A DNA stretch of 64,000 bases from Eledone cirrhosa. Taxonomy: Eukaryota. This document shows, piece after piece, positions 1-15,570 of this stretch (the stretch's first letter is position 1; every line of letters begins with the position of its first letter). The position numbers and the translations under genes are program-made. Below the pieces are notes generated by a model. That model was not told the DNA's origin and ran no database searches. It saw nothing but the letters and a program-made list of their open reading frames with translations. The stretch covers positions 37,448,001-37,512,000 of the forward strand of contig OZ024755.1 in assembly GCA_964016885.1 (NCBI GenBank), given 5' to 3'.

Positions 1-255
1 TAGTGTATATATACTATATATAGTGTATATAGTGTATATATAGACTATATACAGTGTATATAGTGTATATATAGACTATATATAGTATATATAGTGTATA
101 TATTGTATATATAGACTATATACAGTGTATATAGTGTATATATAGACTATATATAGTGTATATAGTGTATATATAGACTATATATAGTGTATATAGTGTA
201 TATATAGACTATATATAGTGTATATAGTATATATATAGACTATATATAGTGTATA
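1..255. repeat. Minisatellite, ~31-bp TA-rich unit
   Basis: TAGACT recurs at 41, 72, 112, 143, 174, 205 and 236 (period mostly 31). Confidence 0.85.
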
Positions 256-285
256 TAAAGAATATAGAGTGTATATATAATGTAT

Positions 286-480
286 GTTACGACATCACTG
301 GTGCCAAGCTGTATCGGCCATATCCTTTCCCTTGGACAACATCAGCGGCGTTGAGAGGGGAAGCTGGTATGTATGGGTGACTGTTGGTCTTCTGCAAACA
401 AACTTACCCGGACTTGTGCCACGGAGGGAAGCATTTCTAGGTACAAATCACATGATCATTCGTGACCGAGGGGGTTCTTC
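286..480 (+). mobile_element. SINE family B, 3' portion
   Basis: GCCAAGCTGTATC...CATGATCATTCGTGACCGAGGGGG matches the minus-strand copy at ~24205-24502. Confidence 0.6.
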
Positions 481-767
481 AAGTTTCATATGGGGAAGGA
501 TTCTTATTGAAACTACCAATAATTGAAGAATCCGTCAAAGGGTAGTTTAATTCTTCAAAATCTAACAGAAATTGACCAGGAAATCATACATACTGTTCCA
601 TATACCGAGGTAGTATGTCGAGGTAACATGTTGGAATAAAAACACGTTGCGTTGCGTAATCAAAAAGGCCCTAGCATATTAGGACTACATGACAGGCTTA
701 TAATTTCGCTAGATATAACAGCCAAAGAACGTGTGGTACAATTCAACAAATTAATGAGTAGTTTAAT

Positions 768-1085
768 AAAGGTTTCTTATATAGGCACAAGGCCAGCGAT
801 TTTTTAGGAAAGGGAAAGTCGATTAAATCGACCCCGTAAAGATAAAAGGTAAAGTTAACCTCGGCGGGATTTGAACTCAGACCATAAAGGGCTGTAACTC
901 TATGCTGCAAAGCATGGTGTCCGACACTCTACCGATACTGCGAATCCACCGCCCTCAGGAGTACTTTAATAATAATTGTTTCTACATTTGGCACAATGCC
1001 AGCAATTACCCCAGTGTATTACTGGTACTTTATGTTATCGACCCCGTAAGGATGAAAGGCAAAGTTAACCTCGGGGGGATTTGAG
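768..1085 (-). mobile_element. tRNA-derived SINE family A, ~1.5 tandem copies
   Basis: Reverse complement carries B-box-like GAGTTCAAATCCC followed by GCCGAGGTTAACTTT and GGGGTCGAT, shared with >12 copies in the window. Confidence 0.85.
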
Positions 1086-1838
1086 GTTAATAATAATAAT
1101 TAAACATCTCAATGAGAGGAATCTCTCAGATTTGTGTGATGTGTGTGTGTGATGTGTGTGCGTGTGTGTGTGCATGTGTGTGTGTGTGTATGCGTGCGTG
1201 CGTGTGTGTGTGCGTGCGTGTGCGTGTGGATTTATTCTTAACTGCGTACAATTTTTTTAATTCTTAGACATGTATGCAATGACATGCTGAATTTCTTTCC
1301 TATTCTCTCGTACATATATATACACCGACGGCGATGAATTTGTTTTGCGAGGTTTTTTATATGAAATCGTGTGTCGAAACAAATATTGTTATACTTGGGG
1401 AGGGTCATATTGTTATAATAATATTGCCAGAAATAATAACAGAACACACTCACTGTTTGGTTGGTTTTCGCTTCTGTATCTTTTATATCTCTACAGTTAA
1501 TTCATTCGGTCCTCAATGTTTACCATTGACTGACCAACGGTAAAAAATACAGATATAATATGTGTTTATAGATATAAATTATATCTGTATTTTTGGCCAT
1601 TGGTCAGTCAATATATATACATTGATTACAGCATAATTGTATACACATTTATGAATATATACACCATACAAAACCATTCCACAATTTGTTCAGGTGGCTT
1701 ATTTTCCATTTCTTATCTATTTTCTATCTATAGACGTAAGCAATTTTTTTATCAAATTTTATTGCCTGCTAATCTTCCAAAAGAATAAATAGTTCAAGTC
1801 TTCTGGGAAATATGTTCCTTGTGTTTACTCCATTGGGT

Positions 1839-1900
<62 letters not shown>

Positions 1901-1990
1901 GGCGCATGGCTTATATATATATATATGTGTGTGTGAAGGCGCATGGCTTATATATATATATGTATATATGTATATATATATATATGTATA

Positions 1991-2110
1991 TAGGAACCAG
2001 TAAGACCCCCGGGGTCTTACTGGTTCCTATTACCCACTCTACTACCTCAAATATTGAGTACTTTGGTGCGTTATGGTCCACCTGGTTCCTTACCACATTT
2101 CCTTCGTTAT
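1991..2110 (-). mobile_element. Short (TA)n-inserted element with terminal palindrome (copy 1)
   Basis: Body ACCAGGTGGACCATAACGCACCAAAGTACTCAATA shared with 13722, 16180 and 51645; perfect 19-bp-arm palindrome at 1991-2029. Confidence 0.8.
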
Positions 2111-2313
2111 ATATGTATATATGTATATATATATATATACGTATATATGTATATATATATATTATATATATATATGTGTGTGTGTAGATAAATCTACCAA
2201 AATATACGGTACTGTCCAATCCGTATGAAGAACTCAATGTAATCTAAATATCATGAAAAGAGAAGATGCATTCAAATATTTTCGATAAAAATCATAGGAA
2301 AATAGAGTCAAGG

Positions 2314-3812
<1,499 letters not shown>

Positions 3813-3825
3813 ATGATAGGATATA

Positions 3826-4724
3826 CTGTTTTTGGTGGATCTCTCAGACATGCCCTCTGTAGTACATACAACAACATCCCTCACTAGCTATGCTGATGAC
3901 ACTAAGGTAGCACAAGCAATCAAAAACCCGTCTGACGCTGCCCTTTTACAACAAGATCTGGATGCCATATACAAATGGGCGGAAGACAACAACATACAGC
4001 TTAATGCTGGCAAATTTGAAGCCCTACAATACAAACCAGCAAACACAAATACAGTACAACACGGTTACACCGGGCCAGGAGGGACCGAGACACCATGTTG
4101 ACACTATGGAGGACATTTGTCCTAAGCCACCTGGACTATTGCTCCCACTTCTGCGCACCCCATAGTGTCAAACTAACCACGGAGCTTGAGGCAATCCAGC
4201 GAAGCTACACCAAGAGGATTGCCATGATGAAGGAGATAAGCTACTGGGAGAGGCTAAAATAACTGAACCTCTACTCCTTGGAACGAAGACGGGAGATATA
4301 CGCAGTGATCTACATGGGGAAAATCCTGGAGAGACTAGCACCAAACTTTGGCATTGGGAGCTGGACCAACCCCCGAACAGGACGTCACTGTGTAGTGCCA
4401 GAAGGTCCCGTCTTCCACATCTAGAATAAGGAGCAGATATTGCAATAACCTGGGGTTCAAGGGCCCTCAACTCTTCAACAGGCTGCCGAGGCATCTGAGA
4501 GACTTGCATGACGTGGAGGTGGGTGTCTTTAAGAAACATCTCGACACCTTGCTATCCAGGATCCCGGATGGGCCCACAGCAAGACACGAGGGAAACGTAA
4601 GGGCAGCAGCAACGAACTCCCTCTTGCACCAGTGGCCAACCAACCCAGGCTGGAGATAAAATGTGTAGCAACAAGTGCGGTGCCCCAGCATGGCCTCAGC
4701 CGGATGGCTGGAACAGGTAAAAGA

Positions 4725-4726
<2 letters not shown>
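3826..4726 (+). mobile_element. 5'-truncated, internally deleted copy of the CR1-like LINE at 34.7-39 kb
   Basis: [17 protein letters not shown] and the 3' UTR/tail CCCCAGCATGGCCTCAGCCGGATG..AACAGGTAAAAGAG are nearly identical to the long copy. Confidence 0.9.
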
Positions 4727-4788
<62 letters not shown>

Positions 4789-4837
4789 GTATATATATAT
4801 GTATATATATGTATATATATGTATATGTATATATATT

Positions 4838-5448
4838 ATGTCAGGTCACCAGTTGGTGTTACTGGTAACATGTATCCCAGTACAACCTGTCTCATGGTCG
4901 AGTCGTTGGCGACTAAACTGGCAACCCCACCAAGGTTTCTTGGTGAGGAGGGTGACTTTGGACATCCTGCAGGACTAAAAACAAAACCTGTCAAAGGGCA
5001 AAGGAGCTCTTAAGAGTCAATGGCCATCCAAAATCACCGGGAGAGATGACCCCTTGGCCTTTGTCAAGGCAGAATTCTAGGAGAAGGAAAACTCTGATAT
5101 AACACCTGCAACTCTGATGGTATCCAATGATGTTGACTTGTTCTTCTTTTCGGTAAATATCATCTCGGCTAAGAGAGTGGGACTGGCTTTGTGCAGTGTC
5201 TTTGCTCACTATAAAAGCTTCACGGCACAGGCATTGCTTTATATCTGGAGATCTCTCTGAACTTGTCGTCACGTGGTGCCGTAGGCCCAGCACTATGTGT
5301 CAATAATTGTCACAAGTGTAGTGTTTGTACCAGAGTTTTCAAGTAGCTGGCTGGACTAAAAGTCACACTTGTTTAGCGCATCGGTAAGGGTTCTCCTACA
5401 TGGATATAAAGTAGTGGCCATACTCGAAAACGAGTTGGCAGCCACCAT
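4838..5448 (+). mobile_element. ~610-bp non-autonomous RTE-derived element
   Basis: Near-identical to 41721-42323 (-). The 3' part encodes a C2H2 remnant (KSLAGLKSH-like) and tail GGCCATACTCGAAAACGAG..GCAGCCACCAT matching the RTE LINE 3' end at 32318-32356. Confidence 0.85.
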
Positions 5449-5495
5449 GTATATATATATATATGTGTATGTATGTATGTATGTATATATATATC

Positions 5496-5903
5496 CGGGA
5501 GAGATGACCCCTTAGCCTTTGTCAAGGCAGAATTCTAGGAGAAGGAAAACTCTGATATAACACCTGCAACCTTGATGGTATCCAATGATGTTGACTTGTT
5601 CTTCTTTTTGGTAAATATCATCTCGGCTAAGAGAGTGGGACTGGCTTTGTGCAGTGCCTTTGCTCACTATAAAAGCTTCACGGCACAGGCATTGCTTTGT
5701 ATCTGGAGATCTCTCTGCACTTGTCGTCATGTAGTGCCATGGGCCCAGCACTATGTGTCAATAATTGTCGCAGGTTTAGTGTTTGTACCAGAGTTTTCAA
5801 GTTGCTGGCTGGACTAAAAAGTCACACTCGTTTAGCGCATCGGTAGGGGTTCGCCTACATGGATATAAAGTAGTGGCCATACTCGAAAACGAGTTGGCAG
5901 CCA

Positions 5904-5907
<4 letters not shown>
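5496..5907 (+). mobile_element. 5'-truncated tandem copy of the RTE-derived element
   Basis: Direct repeat of ~5037-5448. Confidence 0.9.
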
Positions 5908-5951
<44 letters not shown>

Positions 5952-6099
5952 TTATATGTATATATATATATATGTATTTATATATATACTGCATATATGT
6001 ATATATATATACATATATATATGTATGTATCTATATATATATACATATATATATATGTATGCATATATATATACATATATATATATATGTATGTGTATC

Positions 6100-6142
<43 letters not shown>

Positions 6143-6679
6143 GTATCTATGTATATATATATATGTATGTGTATCTATATATATATATACATATATATAT
6201 GTATGTATCTATGTATATATATATATATGCGTGTGTGCGTACGTGTGTGTCTGCAAGACTCTCTGTCTTCTGTACATTTATAGATATATATATTTATATA
6301 TATAAGTACATGTATATTTTTTCTTGCACAACTATACCCAATAATAAAAACTACACTAAGCCTAAGCTAGTCACAACACACCACACTAAATACAATTACC
6401 CATTTACAAAACAACTTGTACACAGTTACAAAAAAAAGTGCCTAACGTTTAACATGTTAAAACCACATCTATTCCAAACGAAATTATCAAACCAACGAAA
6501 TCTTGAAGCTTATAACTAAGTAATAAATCTAACCCAGACAATTATAAACTCCAAACAAGACAATAACATCAACTACAGGTGATGAAAAGAAACTCCCTAT
6601 CTAAAGTTGTTAATAACTTCCTCGATTTTTAATCGATTTTCATAAAACGTAATTTATTTTGCACAGTATTATGATAGAC

Positions 6680-6970
6680 CAGACATGGGCAATCTTTTTT
6701 GAGAAGCGGGCCGCATGAGATATGGCTCATCATCAGGCGGGCCGCAAGAGATAATCTACATTCGTGGCCACATTAAAAAAAGGGCAGTAACTCGGGTTGT
6801 TTTTATTTGTTTCTTCAGAATTCCTACACGTTGTTTTCCTCGATCGTAAAAATGATAGAAAGATAAATTACGGCTGAAAAGTTGGGGTAAAAAAAATCAG
6901 AAAGATTTCCCTTAGGTGACTTAGGCGAGATATTCAGAAAGCTTCGCGGGCCGCAGGTTGCCCATGACTG
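6680..6970. mobile_element. hAT-like MITE
   Basis: TIRs CAGACATGGGCAA / TTGCCCATGACTG (12/13) and subterminal GCGGGCCGC motifs; no clean 8-bp TSD. Confidence 0.7.
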
Positions 6971-8411
6971 TGTTCTACATAGACCTCATCATTGTGCACC
7001 AATGTTTGTAATCGTATGAGTATATCCTCGACTGACTTCATCAGGAACTCAGGTCGTATATAGATCAGTATATGATGAATGCATTCCCCCAATTAAGGCA
7101 GAGTTCTGGGGTTTGAACCATAACTTCATTTGCCCCCACTCCCACGGGTAAAATGAGTGGGCTAGTTGATAGTTTGGCTGGTCAGCCAAGCTAACAACAA
7201 CTGGACCACTGATCGCCTTTGAATCAGATTTATTCTCTCTGCCTTCTCTCCTTATGGCCGCTTATTTATCATTATTCCTTTATTATATAACTATCATGCA
7301 ATATTCACCTGATGATGTCGCTGGGCTCCTACGTAACCTGACCACTGAAATGCGTATAATGTTTGCAGAAATAAAACTTTGAAGAAATTTCGCCAGTCAT
7401 TTTACTCAATAATACACGCACACACACACACACATATATATGTATACTCACACACACATATATACACACATACACACACATATACACACACACATATATA
7501 TATACACGTACACACATATACACACACGCATACATGTATGTATGTATGTATGTGTGTGTGTGTATTTCCCTCTAACATCTCGCATATTTCCTTCTAGATC
7601 TAACAGTGTATCCCCTCCCTATATTTCTCAGTATATTTCCCGTCCATATTTTACATTATATTTCCAAAGACATCTTAAACATGTCTGTAATTTTGTACTG
7701 TCAAATGTTTGTTCCATCTCTAAATCTTATGTGGCATCACACAACTACAAATGTACCAACTAACCTTTAGCCCTTAACAAGCATGCCACCACAATCTTAG
7801 CTTCAAACATATTTTCTCTTTATACGTAGACAACCAAACCATATATTAGCAGCTCAACCTATATGTCGCCGAAGCAACCTTAATACCACCTTAAATCCGG
7901 TAGTCGGTCAAGTGAAATTTGTACTAGATTACAGTAGAATATATAGAGATATGTGTTATTCCAAGAATCCATATCTAAAGTGTCACCGCTTTACCCGAAA
8001 TATAGCTCATAGCATGAAAGACGCCTGCTCCTGCCCCTACCTCGCCGCCCTCCACTATCCCCACAATATGCTACCAACTGTTAGTAATGCGACTTAATCC
8101 CCCCCCCCCCCATCCCTCGTTTAACCCTCAGCAAACCACTCGCCATCTTAAAGACAAAGAACTAAAAAAACATCAACGCAGTAATAAACTAGAATAACAC
8201 AGTCTCCAGTAATTTTCTAATTGAGATGTCGTTACATGTTACCCTGCTTTCTTCTGGCTCTTTACGTTCTGAGTTCAAATCCCACCGAGGTAAGCTTTGC
8301 CTTTCACAAACATAAATGGAACGGAATGGAAGGTACTTCGTCGGTTACGACGACGAGTGTTACAGTTGATCAACGGAACAGCCTGCTCGTGAAATTAACG
8401 TGCAAGTGGCT

Positions 8412-9842
8412 TGTTATGAGTGAGGTCCGGGTGAGCTTAAGAAAGAGTAAGGTCAGCCCGGAGAGCAATCTATGACTGGAGACCGTTCAAGGAAGATGAT
8501 AAGCTACAGGAGAGGTACACAGTAGAAGTGATGAACAGGTTCAGTGCTCTGTGTGGAGAGTCAGAGGAGAAAGAGATTGGGGGGGGGGGGAGTGTGACGA
8601 GGAGGTACGGGTACTTCACCAATGCAGTGGCGGAAGCAAGTGAGACCCTACTGCCGAGGAAAGAGAAAAAGAGGAAGCACGTCAGCTCTGCAGACCCAAA
8701 AGTGTGTGCAGCCAGAGTATACCTGAAAACTGAAAAGGACCAATTCTATGCTGATATTACGGAGGAGAGGAAGGAGAATATGGAGGTGATGAGGGAAGAA
8801 CTCTGTACCGCTTATACTGAGGCCAGAGAGGAGGCACTGGTAGAAAAGATGAGAAGAGTGGAGAGAGCGGTTGGCAGGACTGGATGCAAGGAGAGCTGGA
8901 TGATCGTCAACGACATCACGGGGATGAAGAGAAGATGTTCGAGTCAGATCCAGGGAACAGTGTCCGGGGATAGGAAGAGGAAATAACTGGACCATTTTAG
9001 GAACCTACTAGGAGAGCCGCCCTTCACAGCCCAGAACACCGGGGAGATCAGGCGGCTATTTGAGGAACTGGATATTGAGACAGGACCCTTCACCAGAGAG
9101 GAGCTTCAGAGAGCCAAGAAGAAGACCAAGGAGCGCAAGGCTCATGGAGAAAATGGAGTGGCATCAGAGGTGATGAAGAGGTGTGATTTTGATGATATCA
9201 TCCTGGAGTTCTATAACCAGGCACTAGAGAAAGGAGTTGCCCCAAATCAGTGGAGGATCAGTAACATCGTCCCAGTGCCAAACAAGGGAGATCTCTCAAA
9301 CACCAACAACTATAGGGGGATCTCACTGACGTCACTTGTGGTAAAGACCCTCAACAGGATGATTCCTAACAGCATCCAGTCCGAGACGGAGAAGAAGTTC
9401 AGGGACAACCAGAACGGCTTCAGAAAGGGAAGATCAACCACCAGTCACATCCTGATGTTGAGGAGGATATTAGAGGGAGCTAGAGCAAAGAGCCTTCTTG
9501 CAATCATGGTTTTCATTGATTTTAGGAAGGCCTTTGATTCTGTGGACTGTCACTGCCTAATGAAGATATTACAGGCTTATGGAATCCCCAAGAAGATAGT
9601 GGTCCTGATATCACTGCTCTACACCAAAGCCCAAGCCATTACACTTTGTGGGATGACGGAGTTCTTTGAGATATTGGCTGGAGTGCTCCAGGGAGATACA
9701 TTGGCTCCCTACCTTTTTATCAGCGCCGTGGACTAGTGTATGCGCCTTGCACTAGAGGATCACCAGAACTCTGGCTTTACTGTAGCACTGGCTCAGAGCA
9801 GGAGAGTTAAGGCGACATCAGATGCTGAATTTGCTGACGACA
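8412..9842 (+). pseudogene. Degraded non-LTR retrotransposon RT (RTE-group-like)
   Basis: NYRGISLTS, QNGFRKGRST, FIDFRKAFDSV, GVLQGDTLAPYLF and FADD motifs, with stops and frameshifts. Confidence 0.85.
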
Positions 9843-11056
9843 TATACATATATATATATACATATATGCAGAGGTTATATTTGTTGGGATTCAACAAGCT
9901 TAAACATTTTTATAACTGATATAAAGCACTCAACATCACATTTTTCTCCATCCAAACACGTATAATCTCTTCCCTCAGATTATATAGATTCTAACCTTCC
10001 TAAATATATAAAGTACACTTATTAATTTTAATTTTAATTTACTCCTTAAAACCAATACTTATATGATCGGACTCTCCAGAAATTATTTTATGAAAATAAT
10101 TTGAAAAATTCTAAAAATTTCCTTCGAAACACCTGGAAACTTTTGAAAATTTCTGAAAGGTTCTTTTGAATGATATGAATTTCCATTACCCCTACATATT
10201 CTAAACATGCTTAATACTTATGTATTTTCTGATATATCCAACTATTTTTAATACTTATGTATTTTCATATATATCCAATCATTTTTATATATATGTGCAA
10301 TAATTATGTCTTATATTTTAATCATCTTAATTATATTTTAGAGATGAATTTTTATAACTTCTTATAACTTTCGTAGTGATTTTTATCTATCCTTGAATCA
10401 TTTGGGTTATAAAAAAATACCTTTTTAACTCCTTATTGTTTAAACCTACTTATTGTTTTTATTATCTCAATATTTATCGTCTTAATTTATAGTCGAAACT
10501 GTAAACTGTTTTAATATATACTCCCAATTAAATAATTTTTCCTTTCTAAACTCCCGTAAATCTTCATAAATGTTTAAAATTTGACTTACAACTATTAATA
10601 AACTCTGGATAAATATAATTTTGCCAAACTTACTTTAATCAATTAAACTATACTTGGTTTTTTTTTCCAATGCAAAATATTATACATTCAAATATTTTAT
10701 AACCTATAACATAAAATACCCATCTAAACACATATAGTATTAATACATCTTAATAAATTTTAAATACTTCTTTTTGTAATATATCTTATTGTAACAATTT
10801 AAATTTTATTTAAATTTTAATTAAATTCTAATTAAATTCTAATTAAATTCTAATTAAATTTTAATTCAATTTCTGATTAAATTTTTAACTAAATTATAAC
10901 AATACTCTTTTGTAAAGTTTTCATATCAATAATTTAACTTAATTTAAGTAACAGCCGTACTAAGAGTGAGAAATGAAATTTCGTTTCATTTTTTCCGTTT
11001 AATTTTTTAACTTTACCTTTATAAGTAATATAAACACAACATAACGAATAATATCC

Positions 11057-11192
11057 ATGCTTTCCAGCATAGTTACGTCCCTTTACGATCTGAGTTCAAA
11101 TCCCGCCGAGGTTGACTTTGCCTTTCATCCTTACGGGGTCGATAAAATAAAGTACCAGTAATGAACTGGCCTTGTGCCTAAAGTAGAAACAA
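11057..11192 (+). mobile_element. SINE family A, partial
   Basis: CTGAGTTCAAATCCCGCCGAGGTTGACTTTGCCTTTCATCC core. Confidence 0.85.
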
Positions 11193-11696
11193 ATATGTTT
11201 ACATTATGACTACTCATCTATATAAATTTATTTCTTCTCTCACTTCGCCCTTCTTTCTCTTTCCTCTCCCTCCCTCTCACTATTTTTCTCCCTCTTTTTC
11301 CAATATTTTTTCAACATTCTTTTCTCTCTCCCGCACAATACTTTTTTCTTTCTCTCACCATCTCAATTATTTGTTCTTTCCTTCACTCTCTCCCAACATT
11401 ATATCTTTTCTCTTTTTCTTCTATCTCTCTCTTTCTCTTCTCTTTATCTCTCTCCCTCTCAATTTATTGTCTCTCCCCTTTTTACATCTATCTTGTCTCT
11501 GTCCCTATTACATCTATTTTCTTCCAGCAGTTTAATTTAAATAAACCGTTGTTTTTTTCAATTTTTCCGACACTCTTTTGCATACTCACTCCCTAATTTG
11601 TATCACCCTCAAGTATCTCCACTATCCAGCGAATTTCAACCGTTGAGGTTGTCTTTTTTTCCGGGTATGTCAATATTTATTTATAAAACAAATCTG

Positions 11697-11762
11697 TATT
11701 TTATCTGATGAAAGCGCACCATAATTTACCTTGGTCGCCCTTGAAATATATATAATAAAATA
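11697..11762 (+). ncRNA. Type I hammerhead ribozyme
   Basis: UAUUUUAU-CUGAUGA-AAGCGCACC..GGUCGCCCUU-GAAA-UAUAUA-UA-AUAAAAUA: 8-bp stem I, imperfect stem II, palindromic stem III. Confidence 0.8.
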
Positions 11763-11789
11763 AATATGGTTTCCATTTATTAATATATT

Positions 11790-12950
<1,161 letters not shown>

Positions 12951-13721
12951 AACAAGGAGAGAAGTATACTGCATGGTTGCACATGGATTACATATTATAA
13001 AATTAGTCCCTCATCAGTGATTTGCCAACCATATATACAGGCGAAGGAACCCAGCGGAGTCAACCGCCATCCAAATAGTACCTTTTTTTTTTTCACTTGG
13101 GAGTGAAAGACTCCCAGTTTTTGTCACAACACCTTTCTAGGAGAGGGAAACTGTGAAAAAAAACCTGCGGCTTCAGAAGCATCTGATGATGTTTACCAGT
13201 TCTCCTTTTCGGATAATGGTTTCGATGCTCAAAGAGTGGGATTGGTTGAGTGCACCTAAATACCTTCAAAGCACAGGCATTGCTTGTTCAGGATATGTTA
13301 CAGGTTCGTGTGGCTGTCTGTAGCCTAAAGGTGTGGAGTCAGTCCTTGTATTAACATTGAACTAAAACCTGTTGAGAAAGTGGGTTCCTTGTTCAATCAT
13401 CTTACCAGAAGCCTGACATTATTTATGTAAGCGGATGGTACTTGATTTAGGGGCCGCAGAAACCCAAAGACTGGATTTTACCAACCTTCCAGGGGTCCGG
13501 GTAAATTTTCAATACCCGAATTACTTGATCGTTTTTTTTTGGCTATGCGAATGATTGTTTAACCATCGTCTCAGTGTGTTTGGCGTTTAACGTTTGTTAT
13601 AGCTCTGGTTCATCTGAACCATTGAGCACTTGCCTCACATCTCGGAGGTTGTTTTTCGTTATTTCGTGGGCCGAAATGTGAATCTCGATAATTTATGTTT
13701 GTATATATATATATATATATA

Positions 13722-13812
13722 TAGGTTCCTATTACCCACTCTACTACCCCAAGTATTGAGTACTTTGGTGCGTTATGGTCCACCTGGTTCCTTACCACAT
13801 TTCCTTCGTTAT
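13722..13812 (-). mobile_element. Terminal-palindrome element (copy 2, palindrome reduced to TAGGTTCCTA)
   Basis: Same body as 1991-2110; flanked by (TA)n. Confidence 0.8.
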
Positions 13813-14282
13813 ATATATATATATATATATATTCACACATATGTATACGCCCGTCTGTCCGTACATACATATATATACATACATACATACATACGAACAT
13901 GCATATACACAAATATACACACGTACATGCATATATACAAACATACACACGTACATAGATACGTACACACAGACATACATACACACATATATACACTCAC
14001 TAATGTTCTCATATCGATGTGGTTATATAAAATATAATTATAATCGACTACTTTAAATTGCTATTTAAAATTACAAAAATAGCTCTATTATATCTGTTTA
14101 CGTTTAATAGTCATAAAACCCTTTAGAATAATATATATTGTTTGAAATACAAAGTATTCAGTTTCATAAATATGGTTGTTATTCTATTAATATTTATTTG
14201 TTTGCAAGTAATTATGAACGAAATACATTAAAGGTATTGCACTATTATTGATAAAATAAATGTTCATTATTTGTCTCATAAA

Positions 14283-14789
14283 GGGCGGTGGATTGGCAGT
14301 ATCAGTAGAGGGTCGGACGCCATGCTTTCCAGCATAGTTACGTCCCTTTACAATCTGAGTTCAAATCCCGCCGAGGTTGACTTTGCCTTTCATCCTTACG
14401 GGGTCGATAAAATAAAGTACCAGTAATGCACTGGGTATTTGCTGGCCTTGTGCCTAAAGTAGAAACCATTATTTGTCTCATAAAGGGTAGTGGATTGGCG
14501 GTATTAGTAGAGGGTCGGACGCCATGCTTTGTAGCATAAAATTACGTCCCTTTACGGTCTGAGTTCAAATCTCGCCGAGGTTAACTTTGCCTTTCATCAT
14601 TACGAGGTCGATAAAATAAAGTACCAGTAATACACTGAGATAATTGCTGGCTTTGTGCCAAAAGTAGAAACAATTATTTGTATCACAAAGGACAGTGGAT
14701 TGGCAGTATCGAAAGAGCGTCAGACACCATGCTTTGCAGCATAGAGTTATATCCCTTTACGTTCTGAGTTCCAATCTCGCCGAGGTTAA
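14283..14789 (+). mobile_element. Head-to-tail array of ~2.5 SINE family A copies
   Basis: Units start ~14283, ~14485 and ~14689 (period ~202); A-box-like TGGCAGTATC and B-box-like GAGTTCAAATC. Confidence 0.9.
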
Positions 14790-15570
14790 CAATTAGATTT
14801 ATTTTTAATCGAGTTTATCCGACATTAAGCTTTTATCTAATGATTGAACAGCTATCGAATGATATTAGATCCGTTTAATATTTGTATTAAAAACAACATG
14901 TCCGTATGTCTGATGGCTTCTTCAGATAGGAATCCTTTTGAGGTGAGTAACATGTGAAAAGAAGGCATATTGTGGCAAGAAGAAGAAGGCAGAGAAGAAG
15001 AATCTCCTTGTTAAATGTTGTTGAAGTGAGATATAAAAATCCCAAATTTCACAACACTAAAGTGAAAGAAACATTTCAAACAACCGTAGAGAATGGAAAG
15101 TGAATTTGATAAAGAATTCGCCCCCAATGGCAGCAATGATAGATTAATGGCGTGTTAATTAACAATGAACTTTCCAATCAACTTTCTGGAATATAATGAA
15201 TATCTTCATTATTTTCTTTATAACAGTGTGGTGAATTGGCAGTATCGGTAGAGGGTCGGACACCATGCTTTCCAGCACAGTTGCGTCCCTTTACGTTCTG
15301 AGTTCAAATCCCGTCGAGGTCAACTTTGTGGAATATAATGAATATCTTCATTAGTTTCTTTATAACATCAGTTCAGTGATTTTGTTTTTGTATTTCTAAT
15401 AGGCCTCCAAGCTCACTTTAAAGACGAAATAGGATTGTAATGGAACATCTCTTTCACACCTTTCATTATGGCAGTATCGGTAGAGCGTCAGCATAGTGGC
15501 CTTTTACGTTCTGAGTTCAAATCCCGTCGAGGTCAACTTTGTGGAATATAAGGAATATCTTCATTAGTTT

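Noticed and set aside
4925-4955. Twister ribozyme suggested by GAGGAGGG in the RTE-derived head; HDV-like and pistol folds also tried
   Set aside because: No GGUCCCAAGCCC-like segment; the HDV P1.1/P3 and pistol pseudoknot could not be built.
7000-7050. Minus-strand CUGAUGA with stem II-like helix (similar case at ~14810-14930)
   Set aside because: GAAA core is missing or degraded; at best dead relics, so not counted.
9870-10000. Possible degraded GIY-YIG fragment
   Set aside because: Needs several frameshifts to align; too weak to call.
13175-13215. CUGAUGA at ~13182 (also 6729-, 31117-, 43252-, 61600+)
   Set aside because: No compatible stem II, GAAA and stem I arrangement.
14283-14380. 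tRNA genes
   Set aside because: A/B-box-like motifs belong to multi-copy SINE heads with shared non-tRNA tails; no clean cloverleaf.
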